Shown: piece by piece, positions 40,246 to 53,641 of the stretch | Layout of the letters: each line of letters opens with the position of its first letter | Numbering within the stretch: the first letter of the stretch is position 1 | NCBI GenBank assembly: GCA_964016885.1 | Contig: OZ024740.1 | Coordinates: 277,574,001-277,638,000, forward strand | Direction: 5' to 3' | DNA: 64,000 bases | Source of the DNA: Eledone cirrhosa | Lineage: Eukaryota | Notes under the pieces: generated by a model | Databases searched by the model: none | What the model saw: the letters and a program-made list of their open reading frames with translations, nothing else | Told to the model about the DNA's origin: nothing | Position numbers and translations under genes: made by a program

Positions 40246-40552
40246 ATGGTTGCAAACTCTGCTAAGAATATTGCTGTCACTTGTCAGATTACAGAAAATG
40301 GTGCACTTTTATGCTACAGTCAGCCACATGAACCTGTAACAGATCCTGAACAAACAATGCCTTTGATTTGAAGGTTTTTAAGTGGGGAAAGGCTTTCCAC
40401 TCGACCAATCCCACTCTTTGAGCATCGGAAACACTACCCAAAAAGGAGAAATAGTCAACATCATCAATGCTTCCGAAGCCGCAGGTATTTTTTTTTCAGA
40501 GTTTCCCTCTCCTAGAAAGGTGTTGTGACAAACACTGGGGGCCTTTCTCTCC
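40246..40552 (-). mobile_element. RTE-like non-autonomous repeat, distant relative of 44842-45215
   Basis: Shares TCTAGGAGAGGGAAACTCTGA and a GAGTTTGCAACCAT end followed by (ATGT)n. Confidence 0.45.
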
Positions 40553-40597
40553 CACATACATACATGCATACATGCATATATGCATACATACATACAT

Positions 40598-43500
40598 GAC
40601 GACAGTCAACGCGATCAGTCGCATATTTTGGCGTGGGAGACCATTTATTAAATTTAAGATGAATACTATCTCCGACAGTAATGCCACAACTACAGCCAGG
40701 TTGACTGGTTGTTCTTCTGGTTATTCTTCTAACTATACCTTCTGAAGACACTTTTTATTCGAATTTGTAGAGATATCCGACTAAATACATAATTCATTTT
40801 ACAAGGATTTGCTACAAACAGCATGGCTGAATACAACATCAACAAAAACATTAAGGAAGTACCGAAGACAAATAACAAGGAAGGTAATCAAACTTTATTC
40901 AGTTGTAGCTACAGAAGAACCCGAAATTATAAATCGCATTTCTCTTGGAGTTGCGAACTTAATAATGATTTATTTAATTGTTATGAAATGGCAAAAAAAC
41001 AATCCCTCCATTGGCTATATGAATAGAATGAAGCTACACTGGGACGAAATGCACCCAGAGCTAAATTATTTCACAGCGAAACAATTACGCCAACAAGCGA
41101 CGTTTGTTGAACGTAAAAATAAGATAAATATTATTAATTGTAAGTCCCCCACAACAAACATGGAATCAACAACACGTGCTACAGATCGCCATGCTACTAG
41201 ACTTCCTAGCAGCCAGGTCGAACAGCGCCTTGAAACAACTATGCCTGTAAGAATTTGACACCACCTATACCATCTAAGTCTACCTCGAATGCTGGGGAAA
41301 ACACTATCGTTAATAATAATTGTTTCTACGTTAGGCACAAGGCCAGCAATTACCCAGTGCATTACTGGTACTTTAATTTATCGACCCCTTAAGGATGAAA
41401 GGCAAAGTTAACCTTGGCGGGATTAATCGAAGAAATAATAATAATAATCGAATAAATGTGACACCACGTATACCATCTGAGTCTACCTCGACTGTTGTTG
41501 AAAATACTATCGATAATGATAATCAAAAGTATAAACAATTGAAAATTTCCCCCAACGAAATTTTCCAGAGAGAAATTAACTCATGTGTAAATATCTCTCT
41601 GGCTGAACGTGTTAAAATGACAATGGTGAATAAAAAACCAAATAATGAAATACTACGTGTTATTGACGAAATAGGGGATGAATATTTACGACGGATAAAA
41701 ACCCCAACATTTTGGCAAATCAACGCCTGTTTATATACCTTAGCAATGACAGTGAAGCATTATCTTGGTGATAGCAGAGATATTAACAAGAACAAAACAC
41801 CACCAAAAATACCATCATATATAACTAAAATAGAAAAAAAGAGTGCTGACCTACGAAAAAACATAGGACATGTGACAATGCTCCTTACATGCAAACAAAC
41901 ACAAAAAAACCTCACTCCTCACCAACAAAGAGTGAAAAATAAAATAGAGACGATGTTTTGTAGCAGTAGAACCAGAACTCTCCAATATAAGCTGATCACC
42001 CTCAAACAAGAATTGAGAGCTGTTAGCGAAAAACGCCGATACCCGAAGAAGGTAGATGAGAGAAAAGTGCTTAATAAAATATTCAGATGAATCCAAACAT
42101 CAGTCTATAGAGATATGAAGGGCAAAATAATAAGTGTTACTGAGGCCCCATCCCAGAAAGACATAGATTCCTTTTGGAGAAAAATATGGGATGAAAAGAA
42201 GAATTTCAACCAAGATGCAGTGTGGCTAAGAGAAATCCGAAAGAACTATTGCTCCTACACTACAACAAAAACATACGAAATAAGTGAGGGTACGTACCCT
42301 TGAGACTGTGATAGGAAAACTCCAAGATAAGAAAACACCAGGAAGAGACATGATTGTCGGCTACTGGTAGAAAAAACTAATATTCTATCGGAGGTATCTT
42401 ACTGACCTCTACCAACAAGTTCTTAAGGGAGATACACTTATACCAGAATGGTTGACATTAGCACAAACGTTACTGGTCGCCAAGAACATATCACACACTT
42501 GGCAAAAAACTACCGACCCATTGTATGCCAGAACCTGATGTATAAGATGTATACAGCCTGCCTGAACCTATTCCTCCAAGATCACTGTGAAAATAATAAC
42601 ATCATCACAGATGAACAAACAGCTGTAAAGAAAGAGGTTTGGGTATGTGCTGAACAACTCCTAATCAACAAAACTGCGATGTCGGAGGTGCGACAACTTA
42701 GGAGAAATATGACTACAGTCTGGCTGGACTACAGGAAAGCTTTCGATTCTGTTCCCCACTCTTAGATGATAGAGGCCCCCCAACTTGCTAAAGTCCCAGA
42801 CATTATTGTCAGAGCCATAGAGAGGCTGTCTTCTTCTTGGGCTACTAACCTAAGGTTAAAGTCAGTCTATTTTCACTGATAAAATAAAATATTGCAGGGG
42901 TATTTCAGGGGGACAGTCTCTCTGTGATATTATTCATCTTGTCATTAAACCCCTTGTCCTTTCTGCTCAAGAAATGTGAGGGATACATCATGGCCTCACA
43001 GGAGGACAGAAATACGAACCTAACCCATAATTTCTTTGTGGATGATCTAAAACTCTATCCCAAGAACATGGATGGGATGAAGAAAAATCTTGACCTGGTT
43101 ACAACGTTCTCTAAGGATATAGGAATGGAGTTTGGCCAAGATAAATGCTCATACATGACTGTAAAGCGGGGAAAAACAACAACCCAATCTAGCAACATTG
43201 TCATCAATGGTCTAACTATTTCACCGATATCTGATGAGGACTGCTACAGATACCTAGGGATAGATGAGAACATATCCCATAATGGTATCTGTAATAAAAA
43301 ACGCGTAACCAGGGAATACTACATCTGATTAAGAAAGATCTGGTCATCGGAACTCTCTACGCAAAACAAAACAGTGACTCACAATGTGTTTGCTGTGCCT
43401 GTCCTAACACCAACGTTTGGAATACTCAATTGGACGATAGACGAAATCCGAGCAGTTTATGTTGGAACTCGAAAAATACTGAGCAACAGCGGAAACGTCC

Positions 43501-44811
43501 ACATCAACAGTGACATAGACCGCCTTTACTTGAAACGTAAGCAGGCAGGCAGAGGCCTAACATCAGTCCAGAAAACATTTGAATGTCGTATCATATCTCT
43601 CCGACAACATCTACGAACCTCGAAGCGTAGGAGCCCGTTTCTCGAGCAAGTATATCTGCATGGAACAGATAAGATCATGAGAGTTGGGAGGGAACTCCTT
43701 GAGAATATTCCCTGTGTGATAATCAAAAACTCACACCCAGGGATGTCGCTCAGCAGTATCGCAGTGAATACATGCATGCTTATCAGCAAAAAATCATGCA
43801 TGCCTATTTTGCCAGGAAGCTCCAGAGTGAGAGTAGTATAGATAAGGAAAGTAGTGTATCTTGGACCAACAACCGCTATATTGGCTCCCACTTTGAAGGA
43901 TACACTTTTGCAATCCAGGAACAGGAGATTAGCACGAAATACCTGATTCACAAAAGAGACAGGGATGCAGGCAAAACACCTAGATGTGATAACAAGTGCA
44001 AACTCTGCAGAACATCGAGGATATCACCCATGTCATCAGCAGCTGTCCAAAGATGTCATCGCGGTACTATCTACCTATGAGGCATGATGTAGTCGCCAAA
44101 ACACTGTACAATGCAGTTCATAAAAATGTTAGTCCCGTTAATAAACACATTAAAAGCTACAACAATGTGGAAGACATCCATGTACATAATATGAAAGAGT
44201 ACTGGTGCAATGTACCACTATAAACCCCAATAAAATGCAGTCATAACAGACCAGATATTATGATATGGGACAGGGAGAAGAAAGCATGCACAGTAGTGGA
44301 AATTAGCTGCCCAGCAGACGCCAATATAATATCAAAGATTAGTGAAAAGGAGAATATTTATGCAGAACTGATGAGAAATCTGCAGATACTCCACCCTGAT
44401 TACACCTTCAGATTTATGCCTGAGATTATTGGGGCACTGGGATATGTTAGTAACTGCCTCAATACAAATGTTGAGAAGCCAGGCTTCACAGGAACAGAAA
44501 GAACACAACTAGCTAGGAAATTACAAGTACAATCCATTAATGGAACAGTAAAAATATGTGAAACATTCCAAACATTTTGCATCTAATAACTGCATATACA
44601 CATGTACAGATACAAAGCATATACACATGCACACATACAATTCAAAATATACACAACCACACATACAATAACACCCCTATCTACACATGCATACATACAT
44701 ATCTACCTAGTTGATGTTGTGTAAATTCCAATGAGAGAGTCTTGTGTCTATGTTAGAAACCGACTCTCTCTCTATTGGTAAAACTTTGTGAAATTATAAA
44801 ACCAGAAAAAC
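40598..44811 (+). mobile_element. Degenerate non-LTR retrotransposon with RT and restriction-like endonuclease (R4/Dong-like)
   Basis: NYRPIVCQNLMYK, WLDYRKAFDSVPHS, FQGDSLS, FFVDDLKLY, CKLC..HVISSC, RHD, RPDIMIWD..VEISCP; many stops and frameshifts; (CATA)n on both sides. Confidence 0.9.
41320..41428 (-). mobile_element. 5'-truncated SINE inserted in the R4-like element
   Basis: Matches 47231-47340 and 52153-52260. Confidence 0.8.
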
Positions 44812-44841
44812 ATATATACATACGTACATACATACATATAT

Positions 44842-45215
44842 GATGGCTGCCAACTCGTTTTCGAGTACGGCCGCTACTTTATATCCATGTAGGAGAAACC
44901 CTACCGATGCGCTGAACAAGTGTGACTTTTTAGTCCAGCCAGCGACTTGAAAACTCTGGTACAAACACTACACTTGTGACAATTATTGACACATAGTGCT
45001 GGGCCCATGGTACCATGTGACGACAAGTGCAGAGAGATCTCCAGATATAAAGCAATGCCTGTGCTGTGAAGCTTTTATAGTGAGCAAAGGCACTGCACAA
45101 AGCCAGTCCCACTCTCTTAACCAAGATGATATTTACCAAAAAGAAGAACAAGTCAACATCATTGGATACCATCTGGGTTGCAGGTGTTATATCAGAGTTT
45201 TCCTTCTCCTAGAAT
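44842..45215 (-). mobile_element. Copy of the 2835-3390 repeat
   Basis: High-identity reverse complement of 3017-3390. Confidence 0.85.
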
Positions 45216-45244
45216 TCATACATACATACATACTTATATACATA

Positions 45245-45540
45245 CATATACCATACAGAGTGGAAGAACGCTTTCCAAAAGCGAAACCACCAAGCACGGT
45301 GTCCCAACACAGACTAGAATTTGGATGAAGCATTGCAATCTATATACTAGCGGAAGAAATCGACGCAATAAGCTTCCGAATTGTTGAGGCGCATTTCATT
45401 AGGAAGCGAGAACCGAACCTGAACCGTCGGAGTGATCTTTATACATGGTAAAACAAGTACACCTACTTTGATGATTGATGGATTTACGAAACATGAAAGC
45501 CAGTCTCTGAAGAAGGATTTTAGATCCGAAAGCACTCATT
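45245..45540 (+). mobile_element. Decayed PLE end: GIY-YIG C-terminus plus HHR core (45507-45537)
   Basis: RVEER..STVSQH..ILAEE..RIVEAHFIRKREPNLN; CTGAAGA A GGAT tttag ATCC GAAA GCAC TC; stem I partner lost. Confidence 0.65.
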
Positions 45541-46336
45541 TTCAACTAACCCATAATAATCCAGCAAGAGGGCTCGTAGACAGTCACCGCGTACGGGTTC
45601 GCCGACTTCAGCCCCAATCCGATCATGAGATTTGTTAATCTCTTGTGACGCTAAACTCCGCCAGTTTCTGACTGCGCATTAACATGTGATATCTCTCTCC
45701 ACAAAGTTTGATCACCAGTGATGGTGTCACGATAAAAATACTGGTTTTTGCGTTATATTACAAACGCTCTCTTCCGACATGCCTTGAGCCAGCATGGAAG
45801 AGTAGGCTCATAAAATTAGCATGAAAAAGTCCCCTCAATGATTCGTTGTACAGAGGAGGCCACCTCCGGAGCCTCGAAGAGTGAACAGGAGGACACACGA
45901 GATTTGTTAATACCTTTACACTATTATCAATATCTTCAGTACATTTATGTTTAATCATATTACTTCTATAGAATTTTCCATGTAGGGTAGCTGAAGAATA
46001 CCTGATTTTTTCACAGCAACAATTTGTTCTACCTACTTCACTTAATGAGGTTTTCATCCTTGCATACATTTCAAGGCATCTCAAACAATATCTTCAGGCG
46101 TTACTCTAATGTATTTCTATTTTCCAAAGGCAATATTTGGTCGTACCTTTCTGGAAATATTTTCTTCTGCATACACAGATTGGTGCTTTTCAATCTCAAA
46201 AGATCACGCTTTCCCTTGGCGCCGCGATAGTGATTTTATATATATCTATACCCACTCTTCAAATCTATATGCACTAAGTACTCCTATGATTAATGGTCTC
46301 CTCAGTCTCAGCACCACAGACTCTCCCCCCTCTCTA

Positions 46337-46378
<42 letters not shown>

Positions 46379-46397
46379 GATACATAGATAGATAGAT

Positions 46398-46874
46398 ATG
46401 TATTGGAATTTCGTATTCCTAAATAAATACAGAATGTTTATAAATAAACATAGAAAGCCGTAGCTATGCAAAAACACTACCAACTATAGCCACCTGGTGG
46501 TGTCCAGCTGAAGGAAAGGGGACAATCGTCGATGCATTTCGAACTGAACTGGTTCTCATCAGGACGATCCCTCCCGCTCTTGCAAATGCTGGACTTTGAA
46601 AACAGGCGAGAATATATAAGGTGAACCAACTAATACAGCTTCATATGCAAAGGAGATTAATCACCTCATTTACACAGACGAGAAAACTTTATATTCTCGC
46701 CTGTTTCCAAAGTCCAGCAGTTGCAAGAGTGGTAGGGATCGCCTTGATGAGAACCAAATCAACGATTGTCCCCCTCCCTTCTGCTGGACAACAACAGGTG
46801 GCGATAGTTGCCGGTGTTTTTGCATAGCTACGGCCTTCTAAATGTTTATTTAGAAATACGAACTTCCAATACAT
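46398..46874. mobile_element. Fold-back element (arms 46398-46617 / 46690-46874)
   Basis: Diverged inverted arms. Confidence 0.85.
46525..46568 (-). ncRNA. Textbook minimal type I hammerhead
   Basis: ATCGTC CTGATGA GAAC cagttca GTTC GAAA TGCA TC GACGAT. Confidence 0.92.
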
Positions 46875-46901
46875 AACTGTATACGGCTTTGCTCGAAGCT
46901 A

Positions 46902-46986
<85 letters not shown>

Positions 46987-47230
46987 AAATGTGTGAAAGC
47001 CTTGGTACAGTGAGGTATATTTGAAAAAAATGTTAAATAATATGATTTAATTTTATAATATTATAATACCAACTCATAATATTATAAAACTAAATCAAAT
47101 TATTTAACACTACAAGTGAAGTCATTCTTTTACTTCTTTTCATATATATATATATATATATATATACATATGTCATATATATACACATATATAATAGAAA
47201 CAGCATTAAAATGGCATTTTCCATAATATA

Positions 47231-47418
47231 ATTGTTTCTACATTAGGCACAATGCCAGCAGTTACCCAGTGCATTACTGGTACTTTATTTTATCGACCCC
47301 GTAAGGATGAAAGGCAAAGTCAACCTCGGCGGGATTTGAACTGAGATCGTAAAGGGACGTAACTATGCTGGAAAGCATGGCGTCCGACCCTCTACTGATA
47401 CTGCCAATCCACCGCCCA
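47231..47418 (-). mobile_element. tRNA-derived SINE with target-site duplication
   Basis: B-box GTTCAAATCC; flanking repeat TTTTCCATAATATAAT; sister copy 52153-52340. Confidence 0.85.
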
Positions 47419-48173
47419 ATTTTCCATAATATAATGGAAGTGTATATGAAATGTATACAATATGTTTATGTATAATAAACATACAATTATCTTGCTATGA
47501 ATAATCTAAGTCGTGGTCATGCCGCAGCTATTATATGTTAAATGATATTATATGTTATTATATGTTATTTCATCTTGTTTTTACGAGGCGACAAATTCTT
47601 ATATAAGCTAGATGATTATTTTTTTCTCTACAGTCAGGCAAATAGATAACCAGGTAGGTGGATACATATGTAGATAGATTAGATAGATATAGATGTAAAT
47701 AGCTAGGTAAAAGGTAAATAGATACAGAGAAGGGGGGGTGAGAAGAAGAAGAAGAAGAAGAAGAAGAAGAAGAAGAAGAAGAAGAAGAAGAAGAAGAAGA
47801 AGAAGAAGAAGAAGAAAATACAACTTGATGCCCATATGAAGAGGAGAAATTGCACAACATTCAAAAACGATTCTATTATAACGGCAACAATTCCATAGGA
47901 ATGTAGCAGGCATATAAAAATACTTTGAAATGTTAATATGTAAGCCAACTATAAGTATCGTAAATCTCGAATTCAATGCAATGTGATTCTAAAGAAGAAT
48001 AAAACTGTCGTTGGATGTATCAGGCAAAGCAAGCAAAGAACACATCGTTGAGTGAGAAGGAAATCAGAGTAAAGAAAATTCACTCCTCTTCTGTAAATCT
48101 TTATATTTATTGTGCAAAATCAGGTCACATATAGAAATATCAAACTGTCCTTCGATAACAATTTAAACCTCAC

Positions 48174-48289
48174 CTCCATATTTGTGTATGTGTATACCAC
48201 TGACACCAGATGGCGATGTAGGGACGCTGCAGTGACATAAGGTTATCATGGTCAATTTTTAAACCAGGCGGAGTCCATCTCTCTCCAGG
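48174..48289 (-). CDS. Candidate host-gene exon (116 nt), product unknown
   Basis: TGTTCCAG acceptor downstream of a (CT)n tract, AG|GTGAGG donor, open frame PGERWTPPGLKIDHDNLMSLQRPYIAIWCQWYTHTQIW; not repeated in the window. Confidence 0.33.
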
Positions 48290-48317
48290 CTGGAACACAG
48301 TTGATTTCTTCCAGAAA

Positions 48318-48382
<65 letters not shown>

Positions 48383-49299
48383 TGTGTGTGTGTGTGTTTG
48401 TTGAAACATATACAGATGTAAAATCTATTCCTCTAGTAGACTGGCTCTTTTTTCGTTTGACCTCAAAAGAAGTTGACTTCGATGGGATTTGAATTCATAG
48501 CGCAGAGAACCCAATCGAATACCGCTAAGCATTTCATTGGGGGTTCTAATGACCCTGCCAATTCTCCGCCCCTTATGTCTATCTTATGGATGAAGGCATT
48601 ATTAATTTGTTTTCCTATGTATAAAGTTGTCAACATACCTAGTGCACAACCGGATGAGATACGGTTGGTATTATTTAAAGATAAAGAATTCTCACAAGGT
48701 GTGAATCAAAACATATTGCGATTCAAATATCAGTTTGTGAAGTCGTCTAACTGCACAATATACAAGGTCCACGATCGTTAAAAAGATATATTAATAGAAA
48801 TAAATAAATTCGAACATGTATAGTGAAGTCAATTATGTGTTAGTGCATTTCTGTGTGTTAGGGCATGTATTGTATATGCGTTAGTGCATGTATGTGTATA
48901 CATCTGTTTGTGTGTGCATGTTTATACTTATATAAATGTTTATGTATACTGATGTGCTTGCATATATCTCACATGGGTTTTTATATATTTTCTCATATGT
49001 TATTTCATTTACATTTTTACACTTTATCCTTACATTCATTCTGATACACATGTATACATGTATGTATGTGTGTATGTATGGGTATATATATGTATGTGTA
49101 CATGTGTATATATGAATGAGTATGTATGCATGTGTATTTATGCATGTGTTTGTATGTTTATGTGTATATGTATGTGTGTCCATGCATATGTATGTGTGTG
49201 TGTTTTTCAAGGCCTTCACGCAATTGTGTTCGTATGTACAATTGCGAGTGTATGTGAGCATCAATGATAGTATATATGCACATGTAAAATGAGTGATTA

Positions 49300-50502
49300 T
49301 ATGTGTGTGTGTGTGTGTGTGTGTGCGTATACTTGTGTGTCTCTGTATGTGAAGTGTGTGTGTGTGTGTATGTGTGTGTGTGCGTGTGTTTGTGTGCTTC
49401 TCTGTATGTGAAGAGTGTGTGTGTATGTCTGTGTGTGCGCGCGTGTGTTTGTGTGCTTCTCTGTATGTGAATATGTGTGTGTGTATGTCTCTGTGTGTGC
49501 GTATGTTTGTGTCCTTCTCTGTATGTGAATATGTGTGTGTGTATGTGTGTGTGTGTGCGTGTGTTTGTGTGCTTCTCTGTATGTGAAGAGTGTGTGTGTA
49601 TGTCTGTGTGTGTGCGCGTGTGTTTGTGTGCTTCTCTGTATGTGAATATGTGTGTGTGTGTGTGTGTGTGTGCGTATGTTTGTGTCCTTCTCTGTATGTG
49701 AAGTGTGTGTGTGTATGTGTATGTGTGCGTATGTTTGTGTGCTTCTCTGTATGTGAAGTGTGTGTGTGTATGTATGTGTGTGTTTGCGTATGTTTGTGTT
49801 CTTCTCTGTATGTGAAGAGTATGTGTGTGTGTGCGTGTGTTTGTGTGCTTCTCTGTATGTGAAGTGTGTGTATGTGTGTATGTGTGTGCGTATGTTTGTG
49901 TGCTTCTCTGTATGTGAAGCGTGTGTGTGTGTATGTATGTGTGTGTGTGTGCGTATGTTTGTGTGCTTCTCTGTATGTGAACAGTGTGTGTGTATGTGTG
50001 TGTGTGCGTGTGTTTGTGTGCTTCTCTGTATGTGAAGTGTGTGTATGTGTGTATGTGTGTGCGTATGTTTGTGTGATTCTCTGTATGTGAAGTGTGTGTG
50101 TGTGTGTATATGTGTGTGCGCGTATGTTTGTGTGCTTCTCTGTATGTGAAGAGTGCGTGTGTTTGTGTGCTTCTCTGTATGTGTGTGCGTATGTTTGTGT
50201 GCTTCTCTGTATGTGAAGTGTGTGTGTGTATGTGTGTGTGTGTGCGTATGTTTGTGTGCTTCTCTGTATGTGAAGAGTGCGTGTGTTTGTGTGCTTCTCT
50301 GTATGTGTGTGCGTATGTTTGTGTGCTTCTCTGTATGTGAAGCGTGTGTTTGTGTGCTTCTCTGTATGTGTGTGCGTATGTTTGTGTGCTTCTCTGTATG
50401 TGAAGTGTGTGTGTGTGCGTATGTTTGTGTGCTTCTCTGTATGTGAAGAGTGTGTGTGTATGTGTGTGTGTGCGTGTGTTTGTGTGTTTCTCTGTATGTG
50501 AA

Positions 50503-50533
<31 letters not shown>

Positions 50534-50570
50534 CGCGTGCGTATGTTTGTGTGCTTCTCTGTATGTGAAT
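49300..50570 (+). repeat. Minisatellite: core TGTTTGTGTGCTTCTCTGTATGTGAA separated by variable (TG)n
   Basis: More than 20 visible copies. Confidence 0.92.
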
Positions 50571-51059
50571 AAGTGACTATATGAGTGTGACGAAACGGAA
50601 TACAGGTAACATTTTGTGAACCTTTTGCTTGTAAAGTAATATCTATATTCTACTTATAGGTATTCTGTGTTTATTCAGTTAACGTTTGAGCTTCAAAATA
50701 GTTCGATTTTGTTAGCTAAACGCAACTTCGAAAGAAGGTGACCTCCGATGGAAATTGTTGTGGAAATCAGGTAGTGATTTCACAAGGAGCTATTGAAAAG
50801 TACTGGGCACACAAAATATCTTGCTTAAGTGTATATTTTGTCCTGAACAATTATTCGATATTACCAAGATATTACCAAGGTATTACAGAACCAAAAGATA
50901 TTACAGAACTTATAGTGTTTCATTGTAAAGGAGTCGTATCTTTCTTGATGTATACATTAATATATCTTGTTTTCTTACTGGGTATTTGTAATTCATTAGG
51001 CTTATGGAAAGGGTTGTAAAAACCTTTAGTTATTGAAGTTTTAAGAGAAGTACGCCTCG

Positions 51060-51190
51060 GGGTTGTTTGTGTCTACTGTGATGCTTAATCATAGGTTATG
51101 GAAGTTAGGTATTAAAGCTTTACGGAACTTATTTAGAGTGTTGCCATCAGAACTGTGGAATAAGACCAGGCCATCATCTCGGTATTTTCT
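51060..51190 (-). pseudogene. Decayed PLE RT fragment
   Basis: KYRDDGLVLFHSSDGNTLNKFRKALIPNFHNL*LSITVDTN (YRDDGL catalytic motif). Confidence 0.65.
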
Positions 51191-51977
51191 ATCGGCGTTG
51201 ATTATATGTATAGGTCTAGTTTTATGAAGCTGGGTGCCACGGGTGTGAATAATGATTTGTATTATCTGATCACAAATATACCTTAAACTAATACCTTAAA
51301 ATAATAACTGTTAGAGGGACTGGAAATAGGGGTTGGGGTAAATGTTCACTATGTTAATCTGTGTGTATCTAGCTAAATTTCTTTAGTTGATGTCTCTGAA
51401 TAGAATATTACAGAATATTACAGAAGTTATGGTGTTTCATTGTAAGGGAGTCGTATCATTTTTAATGTATACATTAATATATTTTCTTTTCTTACTGGGT
51501 AATTTTTATTCAGTTCTGCGAGGGCTCACTAATCTACAACTAGATGTGTTACTTATTGAAGTCACCTGATGTTGTATCAGTTTTATGAAGGCTTCGCGTT
51601 TGTAAATATTTAATTTACAAAATTTTCTATAAATATCTTATTTAATTATTCATTTAAACATCCGTAGTGAGTTAGTAAGCCGCGGCGTACTTGGAAAGCT
51701 ATCTAATATTTCTTACAATTGAGAAACCAAATCAAGAGCGAAAAACGAAAAGAAAGTGTAGAAAACAGAAAATAAAACATAAGAATAGTTCGAGAGCTAG
51801 ATAGAGGCGTACGTTTGTCGAATTTTTCGCAATAACTCATCATTGAGCATTGATATCGAACAGGTAAACCTAAATAATCTGAGACCAACGCATCGAAAGA
51901 AAAAGCGCCTAGTTAAACATCATATATGAAAAAGTTATTGAAATAGAGAAACGAATATATGTGCATGTATATAACTA

Positions 51978-52053
<76 letters not shown>

Positions 52054-52152
52054 AAGAGTGAGAGAAAGATAATACATTCATAGATGGATTAATAGACTGA
52101 TTCTGTATATTGGAGCGCTACGTTTATCTCCACAGAAACAATTGCAGAAATT

Positions 52153-52340
52153 AATTGTTTCTACTTTTGGCACAAGGCCAGCAATTATCCAGTGCATTAC
52201 TGGTACTTTATTTTATCGACCCCGTAAGGATGAAAGGCAAAGTTAACCTCGGCGGGATTTGAACTCAAACCATAAAGGGGCGTAACTCTTTGCTGCAAAG
52301 CATAGCGTCAGACCCTCTACCGATACTGCCAATCCACCGC
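52153..52340 (-). mobile_element. tRNA-derived SINE
   Basis: Sister of 47231-47418; flanking repeat GCAGAAATTAAT. Confidence 0.85.
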
Positions 52341-52461
52341 AGAAATTAATGATGGAAATTTAATAACAACCTTGGTTTTCGTTTTGCATTTATTATATAG
52401 ATGACAAATATAGTCGTATATATATATATATATACACACAGACACACACACAAACACACAG

Positions 52462-52567
<106 letters not shown>

Positions 52568-52637
52568 GTATATATATGACTGCGTGTGTGAGCATGGGAG
52601 TACTACGTTAAATGTATATATATATATATATATATAT

Positions 52638-53635
52638 AGTGAAAACTGGAACGGGAACGAAAACAGAGAGGCAGTACAAACAAATGTTTATTAGTTTCAC
52701 GCTCTTGAGAGGGGGGGGGGAGACGTTCGGGCATAACCTCTTCTTCAGGAGAAAAGTGGTTGGGAAGAGAGTTCCGAGGGTGTGTGGGGGAGTGGTGGAG
52801 AGACATTTAGAAAAAAGGGAGGAGAAACGGTGGAAGGGGTACAAATAAAAATATAAATAAAGATAAACAAGTGGTGGAAGGATGTGGGGCGTGTATGGGT
52901 GGTGGCGGGTGGAGTAGGGAGAGGGGGGGTCCGAGCGGGGAGGGATGAAGGTGGTGTTTGTGTATGTGTGTAGGTGTACGCGTGTGTATGTGTATGTGAA
53001 GCCTGAATGTGTATATGTGGGGGTACGCACGTGTGTGTTGGTGTCTATACGTGGTGTGGATGTAGGTGGCCTGGTTCGAAAAAAGATTGTGATTGTATGT
53101 CCGTGGGTAAGTTCCTAAGGTATTTCCGAGGAGTGCGATGAGGTACCGGATATTTGTTCATGTTATGGAGTGGATAGCTGGAACGATGAGCGGTGGTGTG
53201 TAATTCGTTGGTTGTGGTGGTCGGAAGTGGGGAGATGTGGGGTGCGCGTGCAACAGGAAGTGGTCAGAGAGTCAAGGCAGGATGAAGAGATAGCAGTAGA
53301 GGAGAATGACAGGTGGAGAAAGTCAGTGTGTGGTGAGGACTGTGTGTCTGTGTGTGCGCAGGTGCGGTAGACAGGGGAGGGGATGGGTAGGTGTGAAAGG
53401 TGGGGTGGGGAGGGGGTCATGTGGGGTGGGGTGTATTAGTAGAGGTGTTAGAGGGATGTGTGTATGTGAAAGGGTGTGGGTGGAGCGGGGAGAGGGAAAG
53501 GGAGAGAAAAGGTGTGGGGGTCGGTGGAGGGAGTGTAGTGTACTTGTGGGTCTTGATGAGGTGGTAGAAAGTGGGCAGTCTGCTATTTCTAGTGGTGTAG
53601 TTGAGCTTAACTTTATTCGGGAGTTGTCTTCTCCT
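52638..53635 (-). mobile_element. Inverted arm: short RT N-terminal piece fused to an unrelated CA-rich 3' end
   Basis: Minus strand RRQLPNKVKLNYTTRNSRLPTFYHLIKTHK, then non-coding sequence ending in a decayed CTGAAGA..CCCGAAC motif and (TA)n. Confidence 0.65.
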
Positions 53636-53641
53636 ACAGAT

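Noticed and set aside
45758-46084. 108-aa minus-strand ORF, possibly a decayed PLE N-terminus
   Set aside because: No recognisable motif.
48473-48781. 102-aa plus-strand ORF
   Set aside because: Starts inside a decayed SINE, weak splice signals, no recognisable domain.
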